A DNA stretch of 21,503 bases from Bdellovibrionota bacterium FG-2. GTDB lineage: Bacteria > Bdellovibrionota > UBA1018. A model generated the notes under the pieces. That model saw nothing but the letters and a program-made list of their open reading frames with translations. It ran no database searches and had not been told where the DNA came from. A program made the position numbers and the translations under genes. The DNA is taken from assembly GCA_051382305.1 (NCBI GenBank), contig JBBCAV010000360.1, forward strand, positions 1 through 21,503. Reading direction: 5' to 3'. Shown one piece after another: positions 8,748 through 16,040 of this stretch. Numbering within the stretch: position 1 is the first letter of the stretch; each line of letters starts with the position of its first letter.

Positions 8748-9287
8748 TTAATGCCACTTTTCTTCAGCAACCCCCTCCAGATGATTGGCCAGCCGAGCGC
8801 TCACAAATAAGAAATCACTGAGCCGATTCAGATAATTCAAGACCTCAGCCCGCAAGGGCTCCAGGTGGTGAAGGTGAACGGCCGCGCGCTCAGCCCTTCG
8901 ACAAACCGTGCGTGACAAATGAAGGTGGGAGGCAGTCCGGCACCCGCCCGGAAGGATAAAGTGTTTTAAGGGTTCAAGCTGGGTCTCAAACTGGTCGATT
9001 TCCTGTTCGAGGGCCAGAATCTCTGCGCTTCCGAGGAGTGTGCCAGCAAGTTTTCCGTTAGGAGGGGTCGCAAGCTCTGAGCCCAAGTCAAAGACGCTGC
9101 GCTGAATTTTATGCAAAGGGGAATAGAGGGGGGATTGATCCGCAAGCCCGCATAAAACCAGCCCCAAGTGCGAATTGAGTTCGTCTAAAGTCCCATAAAC
9201 TTCAATACGCAGGTGGTCTTTGGGGACTCGGCTTCCCCCGATAAGTCCCGTTTCGCCCTTGTCTCCAGTTTTGGTGTAGATCTTCAT
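8748..9287 (-). CDS. pduO: ATP:cob(I)alamin adenosyltransferase, PduO/MMAB type
   Basis: Motifs: MKIYTKTGDKGET, GTLDELNS, FILPGG, RTVCRRAER and YLNRLSDFLF. SD AGGA lies 8 nt before ATG 9287. Confidence 0.95.
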   Translation of the reverse strand: MKIYTKTGDKGETGLIGGSRVPKDHLRIEVYGTLDELNSHLGLVLCGLADQSPLYSPLHKIQRSVFDLGSELATPPNGKLAGTLLGSAEILALEQEIDQFETQLEPLKHFILPGGCRTASHLHLSRTVCRRAERAAVHLHHLEPLRAEVLNYLNRLSDFLFVSARLANHLEGVAEEKWH

Positions 9288-9363
9288 AAGCATATTCCTA
9301 GCTTTGCTCTTGACCATAGGCCAGTTTTTTGGGTAAGCAAAGAGTCTAGTCTTTTTCCAAGGT

Positions 9364-9440
9364 GCGGGTTTAGCTCAGTTGGCTAGAGCGCCACGTTGCC
9401 AACGTGGAGGTCGAGGGTTCGAACCCCTTAACCCGCTCCA
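9364..9440 (+). tRNA. tRNA-Gly (anticodon GCC)
   Basis: Acceptor stem GCGGGTT/AACCCGC, D arm GCTC/GAGC, anticodon arm CCACG-TTGCCAA-CGTGG and T arm GAGGG-TTCGAAC-CCCTT. U73 discriminator and an encoded CCA. Confidence 0.97.
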
Positions 9441-9456
9441 AAATCAAAAGTTTCGA

Positions 9457-9487
9457 TTGCTCCAGGTGCATCACTAGTGATACACTT
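9457..9487 (+). promoter_or_regulatory. TA promoter with an overlapping 20-bp palindromic operator
   Basis: -35 TTGCTC (9457-9462) and extended -10 TG-A-TACACT (9478-9486). The palindrome GTGCATCACTAGTGATACAC (9466-9485, one mismatched pair) is followed by a T-run. Confidence 0.65.
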
Positions 9488-9506
9488 TTTTATAAGAGGG
9501 CAAGAT

Positions 9507-9728
9507 ATGCCAACGAAGAACCCTAGATTGAATGTCGTATTGGACGCTGAGCTTTATGAAATGGTTGAGAAAATCGCCAAGCAGGAAGGTAAATCCATGT
9601 CCGTTGTGGCGAAAGAGCTAATGGAAGATGCGCTCGAAAAGCATGAAGATATGCTTATGTCCGAGATGGCTATGAAGCGTGAGACGAAATCCAAGAAAAC
9701 CATCCCTCATGACAAAGCCTGGAAATAA
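9507..9728 (+). CDS. RHH/CopG-like antitoxin
   Basis: 73 aa. MPTKNPRLNVVLDAELYEMVEKIAKQEGKSMS has an RHH pattern, and the C-terminal IPHDKAW is typical of RelB-like antitoxins. SD GAGG upstream; overlaps the toxin gene. Confidence 0.85.
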   Translation: MPTKNPRLNVVLDAELYEMVEKIAKQEGKSMSVVAKELMEDALEKHEDMLMSEMAMKRETKSKKTIPHDKAWK

Positions 9729-9993
9729 GCCATATAAGATAGAGTACCTCGATAATGTGGTTTCAGAGGACATCCCTGATCTACCGAAGACGATGAGAGA
9801 GCTGATTAAGAGGGCAATCGAGACCCGCTTGACAGTGGAGCCTATTGGATTAGGAAAGCCGCTTAGATACAGTTTTATCGGACACCGCAGGATTCGTGTT
9901 GGAGATTATCGAATCGTTTATCGCGTTAATACTGAAACCAGCGTCGTGACAATCGTTTTCATTAAACATCGCAAGGATGTTTATGAAGACTGA
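9709..9993 (+). CDS. RelE/ParE-family toxin (RelE/StbE-like mRNA interferase)
   Basis: 94 aa with GKPLRYSFIGHRRIRVGDYRIVY and HRKDVYE, which are RelE signatures. Confidence 0.92.
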   Translation: MTKPGNKPYKIEYLDNVVSEDIPDLPKTMRELIKRAIETRLTVEPIGLGKPLRYSFIGHRRIRVGDYRIVYRVNTETSVVTIVFIKHRKDVYED

Positions 9994-10622
9994 TTCCTTT
10001 TCGCCTTCGCTTCAAGCCTTGCAGCCCGTGCCGCCAATCTTTTTTCACGAACGGCGATGAAAAAATCCATGATGTAATCCTTCGCGGACCAAAGACTAAT
10101 GGCGAGCGAAATATACAAAAGAACTTCACCCGCCCTAACCAGATCAATCCCGAACAGGGATTTTCCCATGATAAACGGAATCGCCACCATCTGGGTGGTC
10201 GTCTTTATTTTTGCAGAGCCTGAGGCCCCAATGATGAGGCCTTCGGCGCTAGCCAAGGCTCGAAGGCCGGTGATGGCCATTTCTCGACAAATGAGCAGAA
10301 TCACAATCACGGGGTGAATGAGACCAAGGTACTGAAGCATGATCAGTGCGGAAACGACTAAAAATTTATCGGCTAACGGATCGAGCAGCTTGCCGTAGAC
10401 CGTTTCTTCTTTACGTACGCGCGCCAGATAACCATCGAGTAAGTCTGTCAAACTCGCAGCGCCAAAAAGCAGGGCTGCAGCGACGTTCCAAGTAGGGTCC
10501 CTGACAAAAAGCATCGCCACGACCACCGGAACAAAACCCATTCGGATGAGGGTGATGATGTTCGGCATGGTGTTAAACTTGAGTTCGTCGTGCAATTCGG
10601 GCGGCGCTTTGGTTTCTGACAC
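9981..10622 (-). CDS. pgsA: CDP-diacylglycerol--glycerol-3-phosphate 3-phosphatidyltransferase
   Basis: PNIITLIR; CDP-alcohol phosphotransferase motif DLLDGYLAR-x7-GKLLDPLADK; REMAITGLR; AKIKTTTQM. The probable start is GTG 10622. Confidence 0.93.
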   Translation of the reverse strand: MSETKAPPELHDELKFNTMPNIITLIRMGFVPVVVAMLFVRDPTWNVAAALLFGAASLTDLLDGYLARVRKEETVYGKLLDPLADKFLVVSALIMLQYLGLIHPVIVILLICREMAITGLRALASAEGLIIGASGSAKIKTTTQMVAIPFIMGKSLFGIDLVRAGEVLLYISLAISLWSAKDYIMDFFIAVREKRLAARAARLEAKAKRNQSS

Positions 10623-10713
10623 GATCCCAGTATGCGGCAGTTCTTTAGAATGTGAAAGAGGTAGAATGCAAAGAGGACTATTCAAACTCAGGCGCTCTTG
10701 GCACAATAGGAAC

Positions 10714-11403
10714 ATGGCGAAGATGCGGTTTCGATGCGCAGTTCTGGCATTTGTTGCGATCGGGGTGATGTTTGCCGTTTTTCCGGCCCATGCGGGTGAA
10801 TGCGAGTCTCAGATTCCGCCCTCCCAGATGAAGAAGATGCTTGAGGATCGGGAGGTCTTTTCAACGGCGAGGCTGGACCAAAATTACTATGGTTTTAACG
10901 CAGCTATGGTGGTTCATGCCCCGCTTGAGGTCGTTTACAAAATTTTGACGGATTACGCCGTATATAAAGAATTGGTGCCCTACATTGATCGCGCGGATTT
11001 TGATCCTCGCACGAAAAGACTGATTTTAGAGGGGGGGATTTGGAAATTTCGATTGAGCTCTCTTGTTGAATTCACTGAATTCCCCGGTGGTCTCGTGCGT
11101 TATCACATCTTGGGCGGCCATTTTGCAGGGCTAACTGGCGAGATGCGCTTTGAGGGCAAGGGCGAAAAAGGGGTGTTGGTTTGTTTTAAGGGGGGGGTGA
11201 GTGGGAATGAATGGCCCCCCAGGTTCGTAATCGAACGCGGAGCAGAAATAGTCTTTGGTTTTACAGCAAAACGTATGCGATCCTATGTGGAGTCGCCAAG
11301 GAATATGGAAAACGACAGGGAAAAAGGAGCTTCCCCCCATGACTCAAATACAAAAGACGCCAAGTCAAAAAACATCCCCCGACCTCGAAAACGTATTGAT
11401 TAA
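10714..11403 (+). CDS. Secreted SRPBCC/START (polyketide-cyclase-like) lipid-binding protein
   Basis: The signal peptide ends in AHA. VHAPLEVVYKILTDYAVYKELVPYI is a START/Polyketide_cyc N-terminal motif, followed by GGHFAGLTGEMRF. Confidence 0.7.
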   Translation: MAKMRFRCAVLAFVAIGVMFAVFPAHAGECESQIPPSQMKKMLEDREVFSTARLDQNYYGFNAAMVVHAPLEVVYKILTDYAVYKELVPYIDRADFDPRTKRLILEGGIWKFRLSSLVEFTEFPGGLVRYHILGGHFAGLTGEMRFEGKGEKGVLVCFKGGVSGNEWPPRFVIERGAEIVFGFTAKRMRSYVESPRNMENDREKGASPHDSNTKDAKSKNIPRPRKRID

Positions 11404-12100
11404 TTCTCGCCACTCTTTTGATGAGCGAAGAAGACTTCCTCGCTTGAGTGTTTCAACTGAGCAATTTCGGTTGGAATCTTTTGGTAAAGATTCACGGGGA
11501 AAAGTTTTTTCCGTTTGCGATCTTTCAGAAGCCGGAATGGCGCTGCGAGTTTTAGATGTGCAAGATTTGAAATATTTTCCAGTCGCGGCGGAGTTGAAAG
11601 GAACCCTGAATTTAAGAGGCAAGAAGATTTCGCTCCAATCCAAGGTCCGACACCTGACCCCCGAATCTGTGGGATGCCAGTTTGTAGGGCTGTCTGATGA
11701 AGTCAAGGTGCAGCTTTCTGATTTCTTGGATCCCGCTAAATTGGGCAGCGAACTTAAGCCGCTCCCAGTATCTGAGGGGCGTATGCTTTGGTATCATGGC
11801 CCATCCGGAACGGATTTGCTGATGTGGCGCCATAACGATGGTCAATATTGGAAGTTTACGCTCTATGTTTTAGGCAGTTTCATTCAGTGGGAAGAAGGCC
11901 CTGGGGTCTCTACTGGAGAATGTAGAGCTTCGGGCGCATTAGCAGAGCAGCGGGGGATTCTCAGGCTTGAGACTTGTTTGCTTGAAGCTGATGCAAAGGT
12001 AGATCCTGATAAATTACTCATTGCAAAAAAGCTTTTGCTGGGATCAAACTTGCCTCAAGATTTGAAGAAATGGTGCGTTCGGCATTTTGAAGCATTTTAA
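11339..12100 (+). CDS. PilZ-domain (c-di-GMP receptor) protein with an uncharacterised C-terminal domain
   Basis: RxxxR (ERRRLPRL), D/N-x-S-x-x-G (DLSEAGMAL) and VRH...VGCQF. SD AAGGAG precedes ATG 11339. Confidence 0.85.
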   Translation: MTQIQKTPSQKTSPDLENVLINSRHSFDERRRLPRLSVSTEQFRLESFGKDSRGKVFSVCDLSEAGMALRVLDVQDLKYFPVAAELKGTLNLRGKKISLQSKVRHLTPESVGCQFVGLSDEVKVQLSDFLDPAKLGSELKPLPVSEGRMLWYHGPSGTDLLMWRHNDGQYWKFTLYVLGSFIQWEEGPGVSTGECRASGALAEQRGILRLETCLLEADAKVDPDKLLIAKKLLLGSNLPQDLKKWCVRHFEAF

Positions 12101-12124
12101 AAGGCTTTGAGAAGGAGTAGTAAA

Positions 12125-13078
12125 ATGGATCGCAACTTTGCGATGGAATTTGTTCGGGTGACTGAGGCGGCCGCTTTAGAGAGTGCGCGGCTCATGGGTC
12201 GAGGCGATGAGAATCTCGCGGATCACGCAGCCGTCGAGGCGATGCGGAAGATGCTGAGTTCGATCAACTTTGATGGCACGGTCGTAATCGGTGAAGGCGA
12301 GCGCGATGAAGCGCCGATGCTTTACATCGGTGAGAAAGTCGGCAAGGGCGATGGCCCTCGCTTGGATCTAGCGTTAGATCCTCTCGAAGGAACGACGATT
12401 TGTGCAAAAGGCGGCAATAATTCTTTGTCGGTGATTGCGATCGCTGAAGAGGGTAATTTTCTTCATGCGCCCGATACCTACATGAATAAAATCGCGGCGG
12501 GGCCTTGGGCGAAGGGGCTGATTAGTCTCACGGCGTCGCCTACTGAAAATCTCAACAAGATTGCCAAAGCCAAGCATTGTGATGTGGAGGACTTAACGAT
12601 TGTCATTTTGGATCGTCCTCGCAACGCGGATTTGATTGCGGAAGTCAGGCAAAGTGGCGCACGAATTTGGTTTATTGGCGATGGCGACGTATCTGCGGCC
12701 ATTGCCACTGCGAAGCCCGATAGTGGTGTGGATGCGTTGATGGGCAGCGGTGGCGCGCCTGAAGGGGTGATTGCGGCCGCTGCGCTTCGGTGTATGGGCG
12801 GGGATTTTCAGGGGCAACTCATCTTCCGTAAAGAAGACGAAAAAGAACGCGCCCGCAAAATGGGAATCACGGATTTTGATCGGATCTATAAAATCGATGA
12901 TTTGGCCCGGGGAAATGTGATGTTTTGTGCAACCGGCGTGACTCAGGGAACGTTCCTCGATGGGGTTCGTTTTTTTAGTGGCGGCGCAAAAACGCATTCG
13001 GTCGTGATGCGTTCCGAATCCGGGACGATTCGCTATATCGAAGCGGACCATCATTTTCATTTGAAACCTAGGTATTGA
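12125..13078 (+). CDS. glpX: Class II fructose-1,6-bisphosphatase
   Basis: Motifs: VRVTEAAA, GTVVIGEGERDEAPMLYIGE, DPLEGT, LDRPR, DGDV, GGAPEGV and ATGVT. SD AAGGAG upstream. Confidence 0.97.
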   Translation: MDRNFAMEFVRVTEAAALESARLMGRGDENLADHAAVEAMRKMLSSINFDGTVVIGEGERDEAPMLYIGEKVGKGDGPRLDLALDPLEGTTICAKGGNNSLSVIAIAEEGNFLHAPDTYMNKIAAGPWAKGLISLTASPTENLNKIAKAKHCDVEDLTIVILDRPRNADLIAEVRQSGARIWFIGDGDVSAAIATAKPDSGVDALMGSGGAPEGVIAAAALRCMGGDFQGQLIFRKEDEKERARKMGITDFDRIYKIDDLARGNVMFCATGVTQGTFLDGVRFFSGGAKTHSVVMRSESGTIRYIEADHHFHLKPRY

Positions 13079-13110
13079 GACTCATAATCTAGAAAAGGAA
13101 TCAAAACAAA

Positions 13111-13539
13111 ATGGCTGAAGCTCAGTTTCAAGAAGTCATTAAAGTGGATTACGATAAGTTTTTCCAGGCAATTACTAAGTATGAGGATTATCCTCAATTT
13201 GTCGCGGGCTGCAGTGGCGTGAAGGTCGAGCGTAAGGGTCCGGGGCAAGCGCGCGTCGCTTATGACATCAATATGATCAAAGACATTAGCTATACGCTGG
13301 ATCATAAAGAAGACCGCGAAAAGGGGACGCTCGAGTGGTCCTTGGTTGAGAGTGATTTTATTAAGAAGAACATCGGCGCCTGGAAAATCAAGAAGCTGGC
13401 CGGGGGCAAGTGCGATGTGTGTTACAATATCGAGATTGAGTTTAAGATTCCGGTGCCCGGCATGATCCTTAATCGTTTGGTGAAGAGCAGTCTGCCTTCC
13501 ATGGTGAAGGGGTTCGTGAAGCGAGCCGAAGAACTTTAG
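13111..13539 (+). CDS. Cytoplasmic SRPBCC/START protein (Coq10/RatA-like)
   Basis: 142 aa with FFQAITKYEDYPQFV, LEWSLVESDFIKKNIGAW and a C-terminal helix MVKGFVKRAEEL, typical of Coq10/RatA/Polyketide_cyc proteins. Confidence 0.85.
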   Translation: MAEAQFQEVIKVDYDKFFQAITKYEDYPQFVAGCSGVKVERKGPGQARVAYDINMIKDISYTLDHKEDREKGTLEWSLVESDFIKKNIGAWKIKKLAGGKCDVCYNIEIEFKIPVPGMILNRLVKSSLPSMVKGFVKRAEEL

Positions 13540-13574
13540 GAAAAAGTGGATATACTTTAGGAAAAAGTGGATAT
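13533..13574 (+). repeat. Perfect 21-bp tandem duplication ACTTTAGGAAAAAGTGGATAT x2
   Basis: Read directly: 13533-13553 is identical to 13554-13574. It spans the upstream stop codon and the SD/start of the next gene. Confidence 0.95.
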
Positions 13575-13956
13575 GACGATATCTGATGATTTACAAAGCA
13601 AGGCCTCTGAGATTGTAAAAAAAGTATTGACCGTGGGGATCGGCGCGATTTTTCTTACTGAAGAAAGTGTGCGCGCGATGGTCTCGGAGTTTAAACTTCC
13701 TAAAGAGCTCTTGCACGGGGTTCTGGAGTCGGCGAGCAAGACGAAGAACGAATTCCTACAAAATATTTCGCAAGATATTGTGAGTAAATTCGTGGATCGT
13801 ATTGAGCCCGCGGCTTTGGTTGAGGAGTTTTTAGCTAAGCACGTCGTGGAGTTTAACGTCAAAATGAGTTTTTCGCCAAAGCCCAGCACGCATGAGAAGT
13901 CTGGTGCTAGGCACGGTAAGAATGCGGCATCGGTCAATGTTGATTCGGCTGACTAG
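13573..13956 (+). CDS. Hypothetical protein, phasin-like N-terminus
   Basis: VKKVLTVGIGAIFLTEESVRAMVSE resembles the phasin/PhaF-like pattern KK.l..GiGa..lt.E. The body is helical and the tail disordered. Confidence 0.6.
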   Translation: MTISDDLQSKASEIVKKVLTVGIGAIFLTEESVRAMVSEFKLPKELLHGVLESASKTKNEFLQNISQDIVSKFVDRIEPAALVEEFLAKHVVEFNVKMSFSPKPSTHEKSGARHGKNAASVNVDSAD

Positions 13957-14065
13957 TTCCTAGACACTCCGCTCGCAGTTTTCAGCGCTTTTCCGGCTCC
14001 TCAAATCGGGTCTATCTCTCTAAAATCTAAGCACAATTCATTTTTCTGCACGACTGTGTCGAGGG

Positions 14066-14081
14066 TGGCACTTCGATTGCT
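14066..14081 (+). promoter_or_regulatory. Sigma-54 (RpoN) promoter
   Basis: TGGCACTTCGATTGCT is a perfect TGGCAC-N5-TTGC. It is intergenic and lies ~57 nt upstream of ATG 14138. Confidence 0.75.
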
Positions 14082-14137
14082 CTATCTCTGTGTGTGAAGT
14101 AGTTGCAGTCAAAACGAGAGAGAAGAAGGAGTACCCG

Positions 14138-14530
14138 ATGTCCGCCACCTACGATAAGAGCCAAAAAATTGCGTTTGTTTATAAAAGCTTTCACAAACTT
14201 TATCATGAATCCAAAGCCCAGGCTCAAGCTCAAGCTCAGCCACAGAGGTCTCCCGCGGTCCCCCCAGCGCTTCCTGTAGGCAGTGGCGCGGTCTTAAAGG
14301 CAGCGCAAGTGAATCAGAATTCGTTTGGCCACCTAAACGTAGCTCCTTTTACGGCCCCTCATTTTATTGGCAAGCGCGTGGCGCGGCCTTCGGTTTTGCC
14401 AGACGCCCTCATGGTGGCTCCAACGAACCCTGCCCTTGAGGGGTTAAAGGACAATTTAAAGGCGCTCAATGACCTTCATTCACGCCTTCGATTTATGCTC
14501 AAGGAGCTTGAGGATTTGATTAAGGACTAA
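14138..14530 (+). CDS. Hypothetical protein: short N-terminal aromatic motif, disordered linker, C-terminal coiled coil
   Basis: SD AAGGAG precedes ATG 14138. The C-terminal heptad pattern is LKDNLKALNDLHSRLRFMLKELEDLI. Confidence 0.75.
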   Translation: MSATYDKSQKIAFVYKSFHKLYHESKAQAQAQAQPQRSPAVPPALPVGSGAVLKAAQVNQNSFGHLNVAPFTAPHFIGKRVARPSVLPDALMVAPTNPALEGLKDNLKALNDLHSRLRFMLKELEDLIKD

Positions 14531-14572
14531 TCCCCGGCGGCCTCTTTAGCTAAAAGTCCTTACGAATTCTAT

Positions 14573-14725
14573 TATCCAATTTCCGGAATAGATGGGAAAT
14601 AGCTGTGCCACTTCGAAACACTTTTCGCGCTCGTATTCGGAATTGATCAATGATATTCAATAGAGAAATGAAAATCTTCACCGAAACAACGAAATTCAAT
14701 TCCCATCAATTCCGGAAATTGGATA
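14573..14725. mobile_element. MITE-like element with 26-bp terminal inverted repeats
   Basis: Left arm TATCCAATTTCCGGAATAGATGGGAA (14573-14598) versus the reverse complement of 14700-14725, TATCCAATTTCCGGAATTGATGGGAA: 25/26 identical. The 101-bp core is AT-rich and non-coding, and TA occurs at both outer ends. Confidence 0.6.
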
Positions 14726-14774
14726 GTGGCCCTGACGCCAGCTCTAGGGTGACCGCCGCAAAGATTGGCATTCA

Positions 14775-16040
14775 CTAACCCAGCGTCCTCGTCGAGACAC
14801 TCGGCGCTTCGCCCGAAGACTCAGACTCTTTCCCATTCGTATCTTGAAACTTCTTAATCGGAATATTCTCCGGAAAATGGGGACGGTCCGGAACGGCTCT
14901 TTCTGCGAGTTCTTTTTGAGCCTTTTCGCGAAAGGCATAAGTGTTTTTCTTGGGCACGGTTACGACGAGCGTATCGCCTTTAAACTCTCGGGCCAGTTTT
15001 TTGCCATCCACCGGCCAGGGGAGGGGGAAACTCTCGCTAAATGACTGGAACGCTTGCGAGTTTTGCGTATGTCCTGGCGCAAGATCTAGCTTTTCTTGAT
15101 TCCTACGAAACCCTGACAGCACCAGGTTGTCTCCTCGAACGGAGAGGGTCACGTTTTTTTGCTCATGCTCGGGGATCTGAGCGCGCAAGACAAAACTATC
15201 GCCCTCGTCCGAGAGTTTCGCATCAATACGCATGAGTTTGTAAAAAGGGTCCTCTTGGCGAGAGGAGTATGCGGCAAGCTTCGAAGAGGTGTCTAAGCGA
15301 GTTTCCCTTAGTTTTTGGGCGGTTTGCGATTGCATGTGAGCCAGGTCGGTGCGCTGATTCTCAGAGAGTTCTTTGGTCCGTTGCTCAAAATGCTCCCGCG
15401 TTTGTTCGGTAGCGGCTCGGGCGTTGGCAGCAATGCGCTCAAATTCCTTGTCCGCTGCTTCCGTGGTTTGGTTCATGTTCAGAGAGGTCGTGTTTCTCAG
15501 CATATCGGTCTGGGCCACGTGTTTTTGCTGCAAGTCTTCTAACAGCATTTGTTGCTCTTTTTGGGCCACTTCACGCTGCATTCCGTTTTGGCTTAGGAGC
15601 GAGTCGAGTTGTTCTCTCCCCTTGGTCTCGGTGCCGTAGAGCGTATCTGAATAATAGTTTTTCGTTTCCGCAAGCGTGCGCTCGCCTTCGCGCTTGACCC
15701 GGTTAAGCTCCGCTTGCTGCTGGCGCTGCAATTCGCGGATGCGGGAGTAGCCGCGCTCACGCTGGGTTTTAAGAGAAGAGTCTTGTTTTTCAGCTTCGTT
15801 TTCGCGCATTTTTGAGTACTGGTCTTTGATCTGATCCAGGGTGAATGACTCTTCTTGCTGCGTTCTCTCCACTTGTTTGTGGGCCTGAAGGACACGGTTT
15901 CGCGCTTCTTTTTCAGCGGCGCTGGCCTTTTGATCGGCGGGGGTTTCTGTATCACTTACCTGGGATTTGGTGCGCGGAGTGACCCCTGATGAGTTGTTGG
16001 GCGATCTTGGGGTGGTGGGGGTCGGTGTAATCGACGACAT
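14775..16040 (-). CDS. Long coiled-coil protein with a C-terminal Hsp20/alpha-crystallin domain
   Basis: About aa 35-260 is an E/Q/R/K-rich helix. The ACD-like region reads DEGDSFVLRAQIPE..NVTLSVRGDNLVLSGFR...FSESFPLPWPVD...FKGDTLVVTVPK. SD GGAAGG upstream. Confidence 0.8.
   Translation of the reverse strand: MSSITPTPTTPRSPNNSSGVTPRTKSQVSDTETPADQKASAAEKEARNRVLQAHKQVERTQQEESFTLDQIKDQYSKMRENEAEKQDSSLKTQRERGYSRIRELQRQQQAELNRVKREGERTLAETKNYYSDTLYGTETKGREQLDSLLSQNGMQREVAQKEQQMLLEDLQQKHVAQTDMLRNTTSLNMNQTTEAADKEFERIAANARAATEQTREHFEQRTKELSENQRTDLAHMQSQTAQKLRETRLDTSSKLAAYSSRQEDPFYKLMRIDAKLSDEGDSFVLRAQIPEHEQKNVTLSVRGDNLVLSGFRRNQEKLDLAPGHTQNSQAFQSFSESFPLPWPVDGKKLAREFKGDTLVVTVPKKNTYAFREKAQKELAERAVPDRPHFPENIPIKKFQDTNGKESESSGEAPSVSTRTLG

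Noticed and set aside
9364..9440. tRNA-Gly as a substrate of the neighbouring MnmH
   Set aside because: MnmH acts on 2-thio-U34 tRNAs (Lys/Glu/Gln), and this tRNA has G34.
14595..14610. Sigma-54-like TGGCACAGCTATTTCC on the minus strand inside the inverted-repeat element
   Set aside because: It lacks the conserved -12 GC and would point antisense into the upstream gene.
13533..14725. CRISPR array, retron msr/msd or integron attC interpretation of the repeats
   Set aside because: There is no spaced repeat series, no cas, reverse transcriptase or integrase gene, and no RYYYAAC/GTTRRRY ends.
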